Below, piece by piece: positions 19,201 to 30,352 of a DNA stretch of 51,605 bases (its first letter is position 1; each line of letters begins with the position of its first letter). The stretch spans positions 37,102-88,706 of the forward strand of contig PLME01000019.1 in assembly GCA_003142375.1 (NCBI GenBank), in the 5' to 3' direction. Both the position numbers and the translations under genes were made by a program. The notes beneath the pieces are model-generated. The model was not told the origin of the DNA. It did not search any database and worked only from the letters and a program-made list of their open reading frames with translations. This DNA is from Dehalococcoidia bacterium (GTDB lineage: Bacteria > Chloroflexota > Dehalococcoidia > GIF9 > UBA5629).

Positions 19201-19933
19201 AATCAATCAGGATCGCCTGGATGCCCAAGGCATGGCCGATGTTAAGAAATGGCTGGGCGAACATGTGTTTAATGCCGACAAAGTCCTGGATAAGAGCGGC
19301 AAATATCGCGGCGAAGCCAGAAGGGCCAGTCTTATTCTGTGGCTTGAACTGGAAAAAGGCGTTGGGATGCCGACCGTAGACAGGAACATCAGCAATGAGG
19401 ACCTGGATGAGCTGGTTGAGAAAGTTTATCTGGAGAAAAAACTGGTGCCTCCCACTTTCGGCAAAATTCAGCTTCGCGATGGAAAGACCGGCGACCTTTT
19501 CGATCAGCCTATAACCGTGGGCGTTATCTACATGATGAAACTCATACATCTTGTGGATGACAAGGTGCATGCCAGGTCGACCGGACCTTACTCGTTGATT
19601 ACGCAGCAGCCCTTGGGTGGTAAAGCCCAGTTTGGCGGACAGCGCTTCGGCGAGATGGAAGTATGGGCGCTTGAGGCTTACGGCGCTAGCCATACCTTGC
19701 AAGAGCTTCTGACGGTCAAGTCGGACGATGTTCAGGGCAGGGCCAAGGCCTATGAGGCGTTGGTCAAGGGAGAAGACGTGCTGCAGCCTGGCGTACCCGA
19801 ATCGTTCAAGGTTCTGTTCATGGAATTGCGCAGTCTGGGGCTGGCTGTTGAGCTACTGAACGAAGAAGACCAGAGTATACAGCTCTTCGAAGATAAGAAG
19901 AAAATGATTAACATACCCAAAGCTTTAAGATAG
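16211..19933 (+). CDS. rpoB: DNA-directed RNA polymerase subunit beta
   Basis: [51 protein letters not shown]; ATG 16211 has AGGAG SD. Confidence 0.99.
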   Translation: MSVSAAKENQYLPIVKSKNYARLPQVLEIPNLIQVQLDSFRWFMEEGIKDLLQEVSPIKDFTGGKMELSFTGYEFRPPTYDVPECRQRDMTYQSNLYVRASLLIKETGEIKEQEVFLGEIPLMTENGTFIISGAERVVVNQLIRSPGVYFTTTVEESGRRLCYAKLIPEHGAWLEFETSGKDVIWAKIDGRRKIAVTTLLRAISGEGDPEDALDCETDEKILDLFKDDDDNPDHKYIQATVDKEPESIRTKKESLIDIYKKLRPGEPPDGESAKSLIINMFFHPRRYDLGRIGRFKLNKRLEYEERGYHVTSRALKPRDMVEIIRKIIQINNERVQQDDIDHLGNRRVRTTGHLIQNQFRVGLIRLERTIKERMSLQSDDPTPANLINNRPIIASMREFFGGSQLSQFMDQTNPLAELTHKRRLSAMGPGGLSRERAGFDVRDVHHSHYGKICPIETPEGPNIGLIGSLATYARIDTLGFIETPYRKVYNELDNNSKKLVGRILKQDVNDSKKKNVGRGGALVDEALAKKLAALGKTKIKIIPYVSGEIEYFTADKETNKCIAQANAPLNMRDEFIEERIGAIRSGKYVMEPPEKIDYMDVSPKQVFSVTTALIPFLEHDDANRALMGSNMQRQGVPLIRPEAPLIGTGMESEVAKYSGQVVYAREGGEVVAVDSRKIVIKSDGRKHEYPLTKFYRTNQGTCINQHPIVKHGDVIKQGQVIADGAATQEGELALGQNVLCAFMTWRGYNFEDAIIISERLVKMDKFTSIHIEKYEVEARETKLGKEEITKDIPNVGEESLRDLDEEGVVRVGAEVGPGDILVGKITPKGETELTAEEKLLRAIFGEKAREVKDTSLRVPHGEGGKVIEVKEFSGDNHADLPANVIKLVRVWIAQRRKISVGDKMAGRHGNKGVISIILPEEDMPFLPDGRPVDIVLNPIGVPSRMNIGQILETHLGLAADIFGEKVINPIFDGADNLAIEDQLGKAWIVQKCREEGVINQDRLDAQGMADVKKWLGEHVFNADKVLDKSGKYRGEARRASLILWLELEKGVGMPTVDRNISNEDLDELVEKVYLEKKLVPPTFGKIQLRDGKTGDLFDQPITVGVIYMMKLIHLVDDKVHARSTGPYSLITQQPLGGKAQFGGQRFGEMEVWALEAYGASHTLQELLTVKSDDVQGRAKAYEALVKGEDVLQPGVPESFKVLFMELRSLGLAVELLNEEDQSIQLFEDKKKMINIPKALR

Positions 19934-19942
19934 GGGTAAAAA

Positions 19943-22900
19943 GTGTTTGAAATAAACGATTTTAATGCAATCCGCATATCGCTGGCATCTCCCACACAGA
20001 TTGAGGAATGGTCTTATGGCGAAGTGACCGAGCCCGAGACCATAAATTACAGGACCCTTAAGCCGGAGAAAGACGGGCTGTTCTGCGAGAGAATATTTGG
20101 ACCCGTTAAAAACTACGAATGCTATTGCGGCAAGTATAAAAAGATTCGTTATCGAGGCGTGACCTGCGAAAGATGCGGCGTTACGGTGGAGCATTCAAAA
20201 GTTCGCCGCGAGCGCATGGGGCACATTACTCTGGCGGCGCCGGTGGCGCATATATGGTTTGCCAAGGGTGTTCCCAGCAGGCTGGCTCTATTGCTGGATA
20301 TTTCCCCGCGCAACCTGGAACGCGTGCTTTATTTTGCACAGTATGTGATAGTCTCTGTCAATCCCGAGGCCTGCAAAGAGAGGTTGGAGGAATACCAGGT
20401 CAACAAAAAACAGGAGCTTTTGAAGGCTCTGGGCGAGGTTGAGGCTGCTGCCCCCACAGGCAAAGCTGATTCAGAGAAAAACGCCGACAAAAAGCGCGAT
20501 TTGGAAGAGAAACTGGGTGATCTTGAAAGCGATAACAAAGTCGACCTTTCCGAAATCGCTAAGCTGCCGCTGCAGGTCCTGAGTGAGAGCGAGTATCAGC
20601 ATTACAAGGAAAAGTACGGCGATGCTTTCGAGGTAGGGATGGGTGCCGAAGCCGTGCTGAATATCCTTAAGTCCATGAATCTTGAAGACTTAAGGCAGAA
20701 GCTGGTAAAGGATATCAGGTCCAGCGAGGGCCAGAAGCATAAGAAGTTAAGCAAACGGCTGCGCATTGTAGAGGCATTCTGGCGCAGCGGCAATAAGCCT
20801 GAGTGGATGGTGTTCACAGTTCTGCCGGTCTTACCGCCCGAGCTGCGCCCCATCGTTCAGCTTGATGGTGGAAGGTTTGCCACCAGCGACCTTAACGATC
20901 TTTACCGAAGGGTCATCAATCGCAACAACCGCTTAAAGAAATTGATGGAACTGGGAGCGCCCGAGATTATTGTTCGCAACGAGAAAAGGATGCTTCAGGA
21001 AGCTGTTGATGCCCTGATCGATAACGGCAGGAGGGGCAGGCTGCCCAGCGCTGCCAGCACACATAAGCTCAAGTCTCTGTCCGATATGCTGCGCGGTAAG
21101 CAAGGCCGCTTCCGTCAGAACCTGCTGGGTAAGCGCGTGGACTACAGCGGACGTTCCGTTATCGTGGTAGGACCGGAATTAAAGCTGCATCAGTGCGGTT
21201 TGCCCAAGCATATGGCGCTTGAGCTTTTCAAGCCCTTCGTAATGCGTAGATTGATAGAGCAGGGCTTTGCCCACAATATAAAGAGCGCCCGCAGACAGGT
21301 CGAGCGTGCCAGGTTAGAGGTCTGGGATATACTGGCGGAAGTGATCAAAGAGCGCCCTGTTATGCTGAATCGCGCCCCCACCCTTCACAGGCTCAGTATC
21401 CAGGCCTTTGAGCCGATACTGATTGAAGGTAGCGCAATACAGCTTCATCCACTGGTCTGCTCGGCTTTCAATGCCGACTTCGATGGCGACCAGATGGCCG
21501 TTCATGTGCCACTTTCCCGTTCGGCTGTACGTGAAGCGCGTGAGCAGATGCTCAGTGTACACAATATGTTGCTACCGAGCTCCGGCGAGCCGGTCATGAC
21601 TCCCACCCTTGATATGGTGCTCGGTTGTTATTACCTGACCAATATGAAGCCTATTACAGACGGGACGCCCAAAATGTTTGGAAACCCTTCCGAAGCCGTC
21701 CTTGCCTATGAAATGTTCAATATAACCGGCGACAGCACGTACCCTTCGTTACATGAAGAGGTCAAGGTGCGCATAAAGGGTACTGAAATAAAAGAAGAGC
21801 AGCCCCTGACGGAAGAAGTTGCTGAAGTTACGGAAGATGCCGAAACTCCGGCCGCCCCGGAAGCGGTAGAAACCCCGGAAGACATCGAACAGGAAGAGGA
21901 ATTACGTATGGCTGGTCCGGAGAGCCGGATGATAAATACCAGCGTCGGCCGCATAATCTTTAACAGGATTGTACCCAGCGATTTACGCCAGCACGAACCT
22001 TACAACGGATTTTGCAATTTTGCCACCAGCAAGGGCGATCTGCGCAGGCTGGTATCTGAGTGCTTCCGCTGGTGTGGCCGTGAAAAAACCGTACGCATGC
22101 TTGACGAGCTCAAACGCATCGGCTTCGAATATACTACCAAATCAGGCACCACCATCTCGGCCAGGGATATTGAAGTACCCAAGAGCAAACCCAAGATCAT
22201 TGCTAAGGGCGACGAGGATATAGCCATACTTCAGAACCAGTTTAACAGGGGCCTGATCACTGACGAAGAGTACGAGACGCAGGCCATAGATGTATGGACT
22301 AAGGCGACTAACGACATTGAAAACGAGATAAAGAGATCGCTGGACAGGTACGGCGGCGTTTACATGATGGCCTTTTCGGGCGCCAAAGGTAATATTTCCC
22401 AGATCAGGCAGATGGCCGGCATGCGCGGCTTGATGACTGACCCTTCGGGACGTATCATACCGTTCCCCATCAAAGCAAGTTTCCGTGAAGGCCTCTCGGT
22501 CATGGAATATTTCATGTCGACCCACGGGGCACGCAAAGGTCTGGCAGATACGGCCTTAAGGACGTCCGATGCAGGTTACCTTACCAGGCGACTGATCGAC
22601 GTGGCCCAGGAACTGATCGTTCTGGAAGAGGACTGTGGCTATTCAGGTGACGGCCTTGAATTCTCGGGCATAGTAAACGAGAAAGAAAAAGGTTTGCTGC
22701 CGGCTTTTGAAGAACGTATGAAGGGCCGCCTGGCGGCTAAAGATATAGTCGATCCTCAGACGGGTGAAATCATCGTTGCCCGCGACGAGACGATCGACGA
22801 GGAAAAACTTAAGCTGATCCTTCAGGCGCAGCTCAAGACTGTCAATGTCAGGTCGCCGCTCATCTGCAATTCCAAGCGGGGCGTCTGTCGGTATTGCTAC

Positions 22901-24079
22901 GGACGTGACCTTTCAACGACGGAGATGGTCAAGATCGGGACCGCCGTAGGTATTATCGCAGCCCAGAGCATCGGTGAACCCGGTACTCAGCTTACGCTGC
23001 GCACATTCCACACCGGTGGTGTGGTGGGCGCAGATATCACTACGGGTCTGCCCCGCGTCGAAGAGCTTTTCGAAGCCAGGGTGCCTAAGGGCAAGGCTGT
23101 CCTAACCGAAATCGACGGAACGGTAAATATGAACGAGGTGGTCGAGAACGGTAGTTTGCAGAGGCGTGAGATAACCATTACCCATGTTGAAGCTTACCCC
23201 ATAGAGCACGAGATTCCGCCCGGATATAAAGTAGTCGCTGAGAACAATATGCCTGTCAGGCGTGGCGATGTCCTTGCCCAGCCGGGCAAGGCCGTTATTA
23301 AAGGCGATGACGTGGAAAGCCACCCGCTGGTCGCCCGTGTGGACGGCATGGTCAGGGTGGAAACGGGTAAGGTCATCATAACCTACGAAGACAAAGACGA
23401 GCGCAAATACGAAGTGCCGGCTACCAGCCATGTTCTGGTCAGACAGGGAGACTACGTAAGGGCCGGGGACAAGCTGGTTGAAGGCGTAAAAGACCCGCAG
23501 GATATCCTGCATATCAACGGACGCAACGATGTACAGCGCTATCTGATAGACGAGGTACAGAAGGTATACCGCTCGCAGGGTGTGAGCATTAACGACAAGC
23601 ATATTGAGACGATCGTCAGACAGATGCTCCGCCGCGTGAGGGTGGAGTTCTCGGGCGATACCGACCTGCTGATCGGCGATCTGGTCGACCGGCTCGACTT
23701 TGAAAATATCAATGCCAAGATGGAAGCTGAGGGCGGTGACCAGGCTGTGGCACGTCCCGTGCTGCTGGGCATCACCCGCGCTTCGCTCAATACCGATAGC
23801 TGGCTGGCTGCGGCTTCCTTCCAGGAAACCACCAGGGTGCTGGCCGAAGCAGCCATCTGGGGCAAGACAGATAGGCTGCACGGTCTCAAGGAGAACGTGA
23901 TTATCGGCAAGCTGATACCCTCCACCATTACCCTTACGCAGAGATTGGGCAAGCCGTCCAACTTGTTGCTAGATGATGGCCCCATCGTCTTTTCGGAGCC
24001 GGTGGAGAATCTGCTGGAAGTTACCGAGAGCCCGGTTGCCGTTGAAGATGTCCCTGATGTCAATGGTGAACAAGAGTAG
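19943..24079 (+). CDS. rpoC: DNA-directed RNA polymerase subunit beta'
   Basis: N-terminal Zn finger, NADFDGD catalytic motif, [18 protein letters not shown]; GTG start. Confidence 0.99.
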   Translation: MFEINDFNAIRISLASPTQIEEWSYGEVTEPETINYRTLKPEKDGLFCERIFGPVKNYECYCGKYKKIRYRGVTCERCGVTVEHSKVRRERMGHITLAAPVAHIWFAKGVPSRLALLLDISPRNLERVLYFAQYVIVSVNPEACKERLEEYQVNKKQELLKALGEVEAAAPTGKADSEKNADKKRDLEEKLGDLESDNKVDLSEIAKLPLQVLSESEYQHYKEKYGDAFEVGMGAEAVLNILKSMNLEDLRQKLVKDIRSSEGQKHKKLSKRLRIVEAFWRSGNKPEWMVFTVLPVLPPELRPIVQLDGGRFATSDLNDLYRRVINRNNRLKKLMELGAPEIIVRNEKRMLQEAVDALIDNGRRGRLPSAASTHKLKSLSDMLRGKQGRFRQNLLGKRVDYSGRSVIVVGPELKLHQCGLPKHMALELFKPFVMRRLIEQGFAHNIKSARRQVERARLEVWDILAEVIKERPVMLNRAPTLHRLSIQAFEPILIEGSAIQLHPLVCSAFNADFDGDQMAVHVPLSRSAVREAREQMLSVHNMLLPSSGEPVMTPTLDMVLGCYYLTNMKPITDGTPKMFGNPSEAVLAYEMFNITGDSTYPSLHEEVKVRIKGTEIKEEQPLTEEVAEVTEDAETPAAPEAVETPEDIEQEEELRMAGPESRMINTSVGRIIFNRIVPSDLRQHEPYNGFCNFATSKGDLRRLVSECFRWCGREKTVRMLDELKRIGFEYTTKSGTTISARDIEVPKSKPKIIAKGDEDIAILQNQFNRGLITDEEYETQAIDVWTKATNDIENEIKRSLDRYGGVYMMAFSGAKGNISQIRQMAGMRGLMTDPSGRIIPFPIKASFREGLSVMEYFMSTHGARKGLADTALRTSDAGYLTRRLIDVAQELIVLEEDCGYSGDGLEFSGIVNEKEKGLLPAFEERMKGRLAAKDIVDPQTGEIIVARDETIDEEKLKLILQAQLKTVNVRSPLICNSKRGVCRYCYGRDLSTTEMVKIGTAVGIIAAQSIGEPGTQLTLRTFHTGGVVGADITTGLPRVEELFEARVPKGKAVLTEIDGTVNMNEVVENGSLQRREITITHVEAYPIEHEIPPGYKVVAENNMPVRRGDVLAQPGKAVIKGDDVESHPLVARVDGMVRVETGKVIITYEDKDERKYEVPATSHVLVRQGDYVRAGDKLVEGVKDPQDILHINGRNDVQRYLIDEVQKVYRSQGVSINDKHIETIVRQMLRRVRVEFSGDTDLLIGDLVDRLDFENINAKMEAEGGDQAVARPVLLGITRASLNTDSWLAAASFQETTRVLAEAAIWGKTDRLHGLKENVIIGKLIPSTITLTQRLGKPSNLLLDDGPIVFSEPVENLLEVTESPVAVEDVPDVNGEQE

Positions 24080-24107
24080 CGGTCTTCAATAATAACTTCG
24101 TAACGAT

Positions 24108-24140
24108 AGGGTCCCCGCCTCGGCGGGGACCCTTCATTTT
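24108..24140 (+). terminator. Intrinsic terminator after rpoC
   Basis: AGGGTCCCCGCC-TC-GGCGGGGACCCT inverted repeat followed by TCATTTT. Confidence 0.8.
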
Positions 24141-24205
24141 GGAATCCGGTTTTTTCATCTGTGATAAAATCCCTGTGATATAATGCTACTAACCTCCAAT
24201 TAGAT

Positions 24206-25252
24206 ATGGCTGAAATGCAGGAAGAGGAATCATCAAGGATCGTCTCAGGCAAGCTGAGCCCCGAAGATAATTCGCTGGATGCCAACCTCAGGCCCAGAAA
24301 GCTCGCCGACTTTATCGGTCAGCAGAAGGTCAAGGACAACCTGGAGATCGGCATCAAGGCTGCTCAGAAGCGCGGCGAAGCCATCGACCATATACTGCTC
24401 TACGGACCACCCGGCCTGGGTAAAACCACCCTGGCCTTCATCATTGCCGGCGAGATGGGCGTCAATATCAAAGTAAGCTCCGGTCCTGCCATCGAGCGTC
24501 CGGGAGACCTTGCGGCCATCCTCACCAACTTGCAAAAAGGCGACGTACTTTTCATCGATGAGGTCCACCGCTTGAGCAGGATAGTCGAGGAGATACTCTA
24601 CCCGGCCATGGAAGATTATGCTCTCGACATTATCCTTGGCAAGGGTCCCGGCTCCAGGAGCCTGCGATTAAATCTGCCCCGCTTCACCCTGATAGGTGCT
24701 ACTACGCGCTATGCAGCCATGAGCTCTCCCTTGAGGGATCGCTTCGGCTCCGTACACCGGCTGGATTTTTACGATGTCGAATCTATAGCAGCCATTATCA
24801 AACGCTCCGCTGAGATATTGAAATTAAAGATCGACAAAGAGAGCATTGATCTGATCGCCTGCCGGGCCAGGGGCACGCCTCGCGTGGCCAACCGCCTGTT
24901 GAAACGTATCCGTGACTATGCGCAGGTCAAGGCCGATGGGGTGGTAGACAACAAGGTGACGCTCGAAGCTATGGGCAAGCTGGAAGTGGACCAACTGGGG
25001 TTGGATGAGATCGACCGCAAGGTCCTCAGGACGATCATTGAAAAATTCGACGGCGGTCCGGTTGGCCTGGATACCATAGCTGCATCCATCAGCGAAGAGT
25101 CCGATACCATCGAAGGCGTCTATGAGCCTTATCTCCTCCAACTGGGGTTCCTGGAAAGGACCCCCAGGGGACGAATGGCCACGCGCCTGGCCTATGAACA
25201 CCTTGGTATCGCCTATAAGAAAGGTGCTACCCCGCAGAGCAGCCTCTGGTAA
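24206..25252 (+). CDS. ruvB: Holliday junction branch migration helicase RuvB
   Basis: [49 protein letters not shown]. Confidence 0.98.
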   Translation: MAEMQEEESSRIVSGKLSPEDNSLDANLRPRKLADFIGQQKVKDNLEIGIKAAQKRGEAIDHILLYGPPGLGKTTLAFIIAGEMGVNIKVSSGPAIERPGDLAAILTNLQKGDVLFIDEVHRLSRIVEEILYPAMEDYALDIILGKGPGSRSLRLNLPRFTLIGATTRYAAMSSPLRDRFGSVHRLDFYDVESIAAIIKRSAEILKLKIDKESIDLIACRARGTPRVANRLLKRIRDYAQVKADGVVDNKVTLEAMGKLEVDQLGLDEIDRKVLRTIIEKFDGGPVGLDTIAASISEESDTIEGVYEPYLLQLGFLERTPRGRMATRLAYEHLGIAYKKGATPQSSLW

Positions 25253-25290
25253 CCTGCACGGGTGAACGCAAATACAGCTTGTTTTCCTAT

Positions 25291-25319
25291 TTGACAGAGC
25301 GTAAATCTTGTTATAAACT
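25291..25319 (+). promoter_or_regulatory. sigma70 promoter for the 5S rRNA gene
   Basis: TTGACA (25291-25296), 17 bp, TAAACT (25314-25319). Confidence 0.75.
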
Positions 25320-25332
25320 ATATTCCATTAGT

Positions 25333-25452
25333 CCTCTGGTGGTCAGAGCGAGGCGGCACCACCCGTTCCCATCCCGAACACGGAAGTGAAACGCTTCAGC
25401 GCAGACGATACTGAGGGAGGGATTCCTTGGGAAAATATGCCACTGCCAGAGG
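25333..25452 (+). rRNA. rrf: 5S ribosomal RNA (stand-alone)
   Basis: Conserved CACCCGTTCCCATCCCGAACACGGAAGTGAA and GATACTG segments; complementary ends CCTCTGGTGG / CACTGCCAGAGG; about 120 nt; followed by a T-tract. Confidence 0.97.
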
Positions 25453-25514
25453 CTTTTTTTATACCCTTTTTCTGACATCTCCCTGTCCCTGATTCTATTT
25501 GAAGCTGTCACTCT

Positions 25515-25543
25515 TTGACTTCAAGTATGGTTCAACATATAAT
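25515..25543 (+). promoter_or_regulatory. sigma70 promoter for clpC
   Basis: TTGACT (25515-25520), 17 bp, TATAAT (25538-25543). Confidence 0.8.
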
Positions 25544-25598
25544 TCATATGAAAGAGTGAATGTACAGACCAATCTGATTACACTTTTTCGAGGTAACT

Positions 25599-28118
25599 AT
25601 GGCTAGTAGATTTGAGAAGTTTTCTGAGCGTGCACGCCGGGCGCTTACTCGTGCGCAGGAAGAGGCGCAACACTTCGGTCACAATTATATAGATACCGAG
25701 CATATATTACTCGGCCTTATCGCTGAAGAAGACAGCGTCGCCAGCCAGGTCCTCGCCAATCTGGGTGTAGCTGTGAGCAAAGTCAGGTCAGCGGTGGAGT
25801 TCATAGTAGGACGCGGCGGCCGGCCGAATACCAGCGAAGTGGGCCTCACGCCCAGGGCCAAGAAAGTTATTGAACTGGCTGTAGATGAAGCCAGACGGCT
25901 AAACCACAGCTATATAGGTACAGAGCATCTTCTTCTGGGGCTCCTGAGGGAACGTGAGGGATCGGCGGCGGGCGTATTGGAGAGCCTGGGGGTGACCCTC
26001 GACCGTGTAATGGTCGAGGTCAACAAGCTGCTCAATACCGGCAGCGGCCAGGCCAGGGCCGTCACTAAGGAAGGGGCCAGGACGCCTATTCTCGATCAAC
26101 TGGGTGTTGATCTGACCGGTCTGGCACGCAACGGCAAACTGGATAATATCGTCGGCAGGGAAAAAGAGTGCGAGCGCATCATCCAGATCCTTAGCCGTCG
26201 CACCAAAAATAACCCCGCTTTAATAGGCGAGCCGGGTGTCGGCAAATCAGCCATCGTGTCCAAGCTGGCCCAGCAGATCGTGACGGGGGATATACCGGAG
26301 CCTCTCAGAAACAAAAGGCTGGTGACCCTCGATATAGGATCGCTGGTGGCAGGCACTAAATACCGCGGTGAATTTGAAGAGCGGCTGAAGAAGGTGATCG
26401 ACGAGATAAAAAGCGCAGGCAACTGCATCGTATTTATAGATGAGCTGCATACCATAGTCGGCGCAGGTGCAGCCGAGGGCGCGGTGGATGCCTCCAACAT
26501 TCTGAAGCCTTCACTGTCCAGGGGTGAGATCCAGTTCATCGGCGCCACTACCCTCGACGAGTACCGCAAATACATTGAAAAAGACGCCGGACTGGAAAGG
26601 CGCTTTCAACCCGTGATGGTAACCGAACCAACGGTTGAACAGACCGTAGCCATCTTGAAGGGTATCAGGCACCATTATGAGGACTATCATAAGCTGATTA
26701 TTAACGATGACGCCCTCCAGACGGCGGCATCTATGGCAGCCCGCTACATCTCCGACCGTTTCCTGCCTGATAAGGCCATCGATATTATGGATGAGGCCTC
26801 CTCGCGTGTCAGGATCAAAAAGGGAGTTGTCCCCATCAGCATCGCCGAGGCTCAGAAAGCCCTGGAAAACCTGCGGCGTGACAAGGATAATGCCATTGCA
26901 TCACAGCAATATGAGATGGCCGCCGAGCTTCGAGATAGGGAAGTCCAGCTCCAGAACAAGGTCAAGAGCATGGAGCAGGAATGGCAGGATACTAAGAAGA
27001 AGGAAACCCCGGTGGTGACCGAAGAGGATATCGCCGAGGTTGTCAGCATGTGGACCGGCATACCCAAGGACAGCCTTACCACGGATGAAAGAGAACGCCT
27101 GCTCAAGATGGAGAAGGCGGTACATGAAGATATCGTCGGCCAGGATGAAGCGATCATAACCATCGCCCGGGCGGTACGACGTGCCAGGGCAGGCCTGAAG
27201 GATGCACGGCGTCCCATAGGCAGCTTCATTTTCCTGGGTCCGACCGGCGTCGGCAAGACGGCGCTGGTGAAAGCACTGGCTAAGTTCATGTTCAAGAGCG
27301 AAGATGCTATGGTCAGGCTGGATATGTCCGAGTTTATGGAACAGCACAACGTCGCCCGGCTGGTGGGTGCTCCCCCGGGATATATCGGCTATGAAGAGGG
27401 AGGTCAGCTTACCGAAGCCGTAAGGCGCACACCCTATTGCGTGATCCTGCTGGACGAGATTGAGAAGGCGCATAAGAACGTGTTCGATATCCTGCTCCAG
27501 ATCATGGATGATGGTCACCTTACGGACGCCAAAGGCCGCAGGGTCGACTTCCGCAATACCATAGTAGTTATGACGTCCAACGTGGGCGCCGATGAGATCA
27601 AGAAGAATAAAGGGCTGGGCTTCAACGTTAACGCCGATGAAATAAAAACACGACAGGGTGCCTACGAGAAGATGAAAGACATCGTAATGCGCGAGATGAA
27701 GAATAAGTTCAGGCCTGAGTTCCTGAACCGTATAGATGCTTCTGTGGTCTTCCACGCCCTCACCAAGGAGCATATCCGCCAGATCGTCGACCTCATGCTG
27801 CGTGAGGCAGTGGCCTCTATGGGAGAGAAGAAGATCACGTTGGAGGTCTCCGAAGCCGCCAGGGATTTCCTGGGCGAAAAGGGATACGATCCTGAGTATG
27901 GCGCACGTCCGCTGCGCCGCGTGATTCAACAGGAAGTGGAAGATAAGCTTTCCGAGAACGTGCTGCGAGGCGAATATGAGACCGGCTCCAAAGTGCTGGT
28001 GGACTATGACGGCACGCAGATAGTCATTCATAAGCTTGAAATAGCCGTTCTGCTGAGCGGCGAGAGCAAGCTATTGCCCGGCGAAAGCAACCATTTGCTC
28101 AGCGACAGCAATCCTTAA
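25599..28118 (+). CDS. clpC: ATP-dependent Clp protease ATP-binding subunit ClpC
   Basis: Two Clp-N repeats (TEHILLGL/TEHLLLGL), NBD1 GEPGVGKS, UVR coiled coil, NBD2 GPTGVGKT, LGF loop, GARPLRR. Confidence 0.96.
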   Translation: MASRFEKFSERARRALTRAQEEAQHFGHNYIDTEHILLGLIAEEDSVASQVLANLGVAVSKVRSAVEFIVGRGGRPNTSEVGLTPRAKKVIELAVDEARRLNHSYIGTEHLLLGLLREREGSAAGVLESLGVTLDRVMVEVNKLLNTGSGQARAVTKEGARTPILDQLGVDLTGLARNGKLDNIVGREKECERIIQILSRRTKNNPALIGEPGVGKSAIVSKLAQQIVTGDIPEPLRNKRLVTLDIGSLVAGTKYRGEFEERLKKVIDEIKSAGNCIVFIDELHTIVGAGAAEGAVDASNILKPSLSRGEIQFIGATTLDEYRKYIEKDAGLERRFQPVMVTEPTVEQTVAILKGIRHHYEDYHKLIINDDALQTAASMAARYISDRFLPDKAIDIMDEASSRVRIKKGVVPISIAEAQKALENLRRDKDNAIASQQYEMAAELRDREVQLQNKVKSMEQEWQDTKKKETPVVTEEDIAEVVSMWTGIPKDSLTTDERERLLKMEKAVHEDIVGQDEAIITIARAVRRARAGLKDARRPIGSFIFLGPTGVGKTALVKALAKFMFKSEDAMVRLDMSEFMEQHNVARLVGAPPGYIGYEEGGQLTEAVRRTPYCVILLDEIEKAHKNVFDILLQIMDDGHLTDAKGRRVDFRNTIVVMTSNVGADEIKKNKGLGFNVNADEIKTRQGAYEKMKDIVMREMKNKFRPEFLNRIDASVVFHALTKEHIRQIVDLMLREAVASMGEKKITLEVSEAARDFLGEKGYDPEYGARPLRRVIQQEVEDKLSENVLRGEYETGSKVLVDYDGTQIVIHKLEIAVLLSGESKLLPGESNHLLSDSNP

Positions 28119-28145
28119 ATAGATCCGGGTAACGGTTAGGATTAA

Positions 28146-28193
28146 AAGGGGCGGGGCCAGTTTAACAAGCTGCAGCCCCACCCCTTATTTTTT
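28146..28193 (+). terminator. Putative intrinsic terminator after clpC
   Basis: AAGGGGCGGGGC...GCCCCACCCCTT imperfect stem followed by ATTTTTT. Confidence 0.55.
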
Positions 28194-28275
28194 ACTCCTA
28201 TATGCGGTCAGGGCAAATTGCGACTATTTTTGTTATTATTGGCTGACTTAGTGTCCGCAAGTGTTATAGAAGAAA

Positions 28276-29673
28276 TTGGAAAAACATAAAGTCAAGACAG
28301 TTTATATTTGCCAGAACTGCGGCAAGGAATGTCCCAAATGGGAGGGGCGGTGTCCCGGCTGCCAGGAATGGAATTGCCTGGTCGAGAGTACCGTTGCCGT
28401 GACCAAACACGCGGCAGGCAAACCTGTTGACGCCGGCAGCCCCCTGCACGAATTGGCCAAGGTGCAGAAGGATACTTATGCCAGGATGGCCTTCCCGATT
28501 GAGGAATTGAACCGCGTACTGGGGGGTGGACTGGTTGGAGGATCGGTCGTCCTCATAAGCGGCGATCCGGGCATCGGTAAATCTACGCTATTGCTCCAGG
28601 TTTCCGACGCTGTGGCCGCCAAAGGGGGAATGGTCGTTTACATTTCAGGCGAAGAATCGTCGCAGCAGCTTAAAATGCGCGCCGAACGGTTGAACATTAA
28701 CGGAAGCGGACTCTTTATCTACCCGGAAACCAACATGGAAAATGTCATGGCCAGGCTGGAGTCCGCCGAACCCAAGCTTGTAATCGTCGATTCCATACAA
28801 ACGGTTTACATGGAGGACATCAACGGCGCCCCCGGCAGTATCAACCAGATCCGCGAATGCACCCTGCGTTTGTTGAGATGGGCCAAGAAGTCCGGCGTGG
28901 CCGTTTTTATCTCGGGCCATGTGACCAAGGACGGCTCTATCGCAGGCCCCAAGGCGCTCGAGCACATCGTAGATGTTGTGCTTTACCTCGAAGGTGAGCC
29001 TTTCAACAGCTATCGTATCCTTCGAAGCGCCAAGAACCGCTTCGGTTCAACCAATGAAGTCGGTGTGTTCGAGATGAGCGGCGCCGGGCTGATGGAAGTG
29101 CCTAACCCATCGCAGTTCTTTCTGGAATCCTATATGAACGGCACCATCGGCGCCGCTGTCGTCCCCACACTGGAAGGCAGCCGGCCGCTGCTGGTAGAGA
29201 TTCAGGCGCTTACCAGCCCGTCGGCTTATGGCCCTCCGAGGCGCATATGCAACGGCGTGGATTTCAACCGCCTGCTGATGATATCGGCCGTCCTGACCAG
29301 GCGGGCCGGCGTGGGCCTCTACAACCAGGATGTGATCGTGAATGTAACCGGAGGCATCAAGATTTCGGAGCCGGCAGCCGACCTGGGCATCGCCCTGGCC
29401 ATCGCTTCCAGCTTCAAAGATACCAGGTCTATTCCCGGCACAGCAGCGGTTGGCGAAATAGGGTTGAGTGGTGAGCTGCGGTCGGTAACTCAAATCGAAA
29501 GGCGCATATCGGAAGCCGCCAGGCTTGGTTTCACCCGCTGCATCATACCGGGCATATCTAAAGCTTTTCATAGTATAGATGGCATTGAGATCATCAAGGC
29601 CGATAATGTGGCCGCGGCTCTCAGGCTGGGACTGGAAAAAACGGTAAAGAAAAAAGAGCAGGAATTTGAGTAG
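28276..29673 (+). CDS. radA: DNA repair protein RadA/Sms
   Basis: C4 Zn finger CQNC...CPGC, GDPGIGKST, KNRFG, Lon-like C-terminus; TTG start. Confidence 0.97.
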   Translation: MEKHKVKTVYICQNCGKECPKWEGRCPGCQEWNCLVESTVAVTKHAAGKPVDAGSPLHELAKVQKDTYARMAFPIEELNRVLGGGLVGGSVVLISGDPGIGKSTLLLQVSDAVAAKGGMVVYISGEESSQQLKMRAERLNINGSGLFIYPETNMENVMARLESAEPKLVIVDSIQTVYMEDINGAPGSINQIRECTLRLLRWAKKSGVAVFISGHVTKDGSIAGPKALEHIVDVVLYLEGEPFNSYRILRSAKNRFGSTNEVGVFEMSGAGLMEVPNPSQFFLESYMNGTIGAAVVPTLEGSRPLLVEIQALTSPSAYGPPRRICNGVDFNRLLMISAVLTRRAGVGLYNQDVIVNVTGGIKISEPAADLGIALAIASSFKDTRSIPGTAAVGEIGLSGELRSVTQIERRISEAARLGFTRCIIPGISKAFHSIDGIEIIKADNVAAALRLGLEKTVKKKEQEFE

Positions 29674-30352
29674 CGTACCGAAAGTAGCTGCAATAGTGGT
29701 TAGCGCCGGCGCCGGGCAAAGGATGGGCTCCGATAAAACCTTCCTGAAGCTGGGAGATAAACCTCTGATAGCCTGGACGGTCGACGTCCTGCAGCGCAGC
29801 AAATCGGTCGACCGCATTGTACTGGTTCTGCAGCAAGGCAAGCTGAACGAGGGTAAAAAAATGGCAACAGCGCGGGGTTGGTCCAAAATTTCCGGCATAT
29901 GCGCCGGTGGAGAATTGAGGCAAGATTCTGTGAAGAAAGGTTTAGCGCTGGTGGATGGTTGCGACTGGGTACTGATACAGGATGGCGCCCGCCCTTTCCT
30001 GACCGAGAAACTGATAATGGACGGCCTCCAGGCCGCTGTTCAGACAGGAGCGGCGGCCGCCGCCGTGGAGGTCAAAGATACCATTAAACAGTTCGATGAT
30101 ATGGGGATGGTGCTGCAAACTTTGCAGCGCGATGGTTTAAGGGCCGTGCAGACGCCGCAGGTATTTCGGACTGCTATTCTGAAAATTGCTTACGATACGG
30201 TTGAATGCATTGTCACGGATGACGCAGCAATAGTGGAGCTGGCCGGATACAGGGTAAAATTGTATCCTGGAGAATACGAAAATATTAAAGTAACTACACC
30301 TGACGATTTACTGCTGGCGGAAATGATTGTGAAAAAAGGGTTTAAATCATGA
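29666..30352 (+). CDS. ispD: 2-C-methyl-D-erythritol 4-phosphate cytidylyltransferase
   Basis: AGAGQRMG, GGELRQDSV, DGARP, VQTPQVF, TDDA, NIKVTTPDDL. Confidence 0.94.
   Translation: MSSVPKVAAIVVSAGAGQRMGSDKTFLKLGDKPLIAWTVDVLQRSKSVDRIVLVLQQGKLNEGKKMATARGWSKISGICAGGELRQDSVKKGLALVDGCDWVLIQDGARPFLTEKLIMDGLQAAVQTGAAAAAVEVKDTIKQFDDMGMVLQTLQRDGLRAVQTPQVFRTAILKIAYDTVECIVTDDAAIVELAGYRVKLYPGEYENIKVTTPDDLLLAEMIVKKGFKS

Noticed and set aside
25311-25511. 66-aa minus-strand ORF
   Set aside because: Antisense shadow of the 5S rRNA gene
25505-25545. CtsR box upstream of clpC
   Set aside because: Only one TTTGACT heptad, which is the -35 element; no direct repeat and no ctsR/mcsAB genes
26901-28031. Long antisense ORFs (376 aa here; also 29047-29898, 23102-23881, 18292-19050, 47335-48813)
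   Set aside because: They lie opposite well-conserved genes, have no motifs, and are expected from codon bias in GC-rich coding DNA
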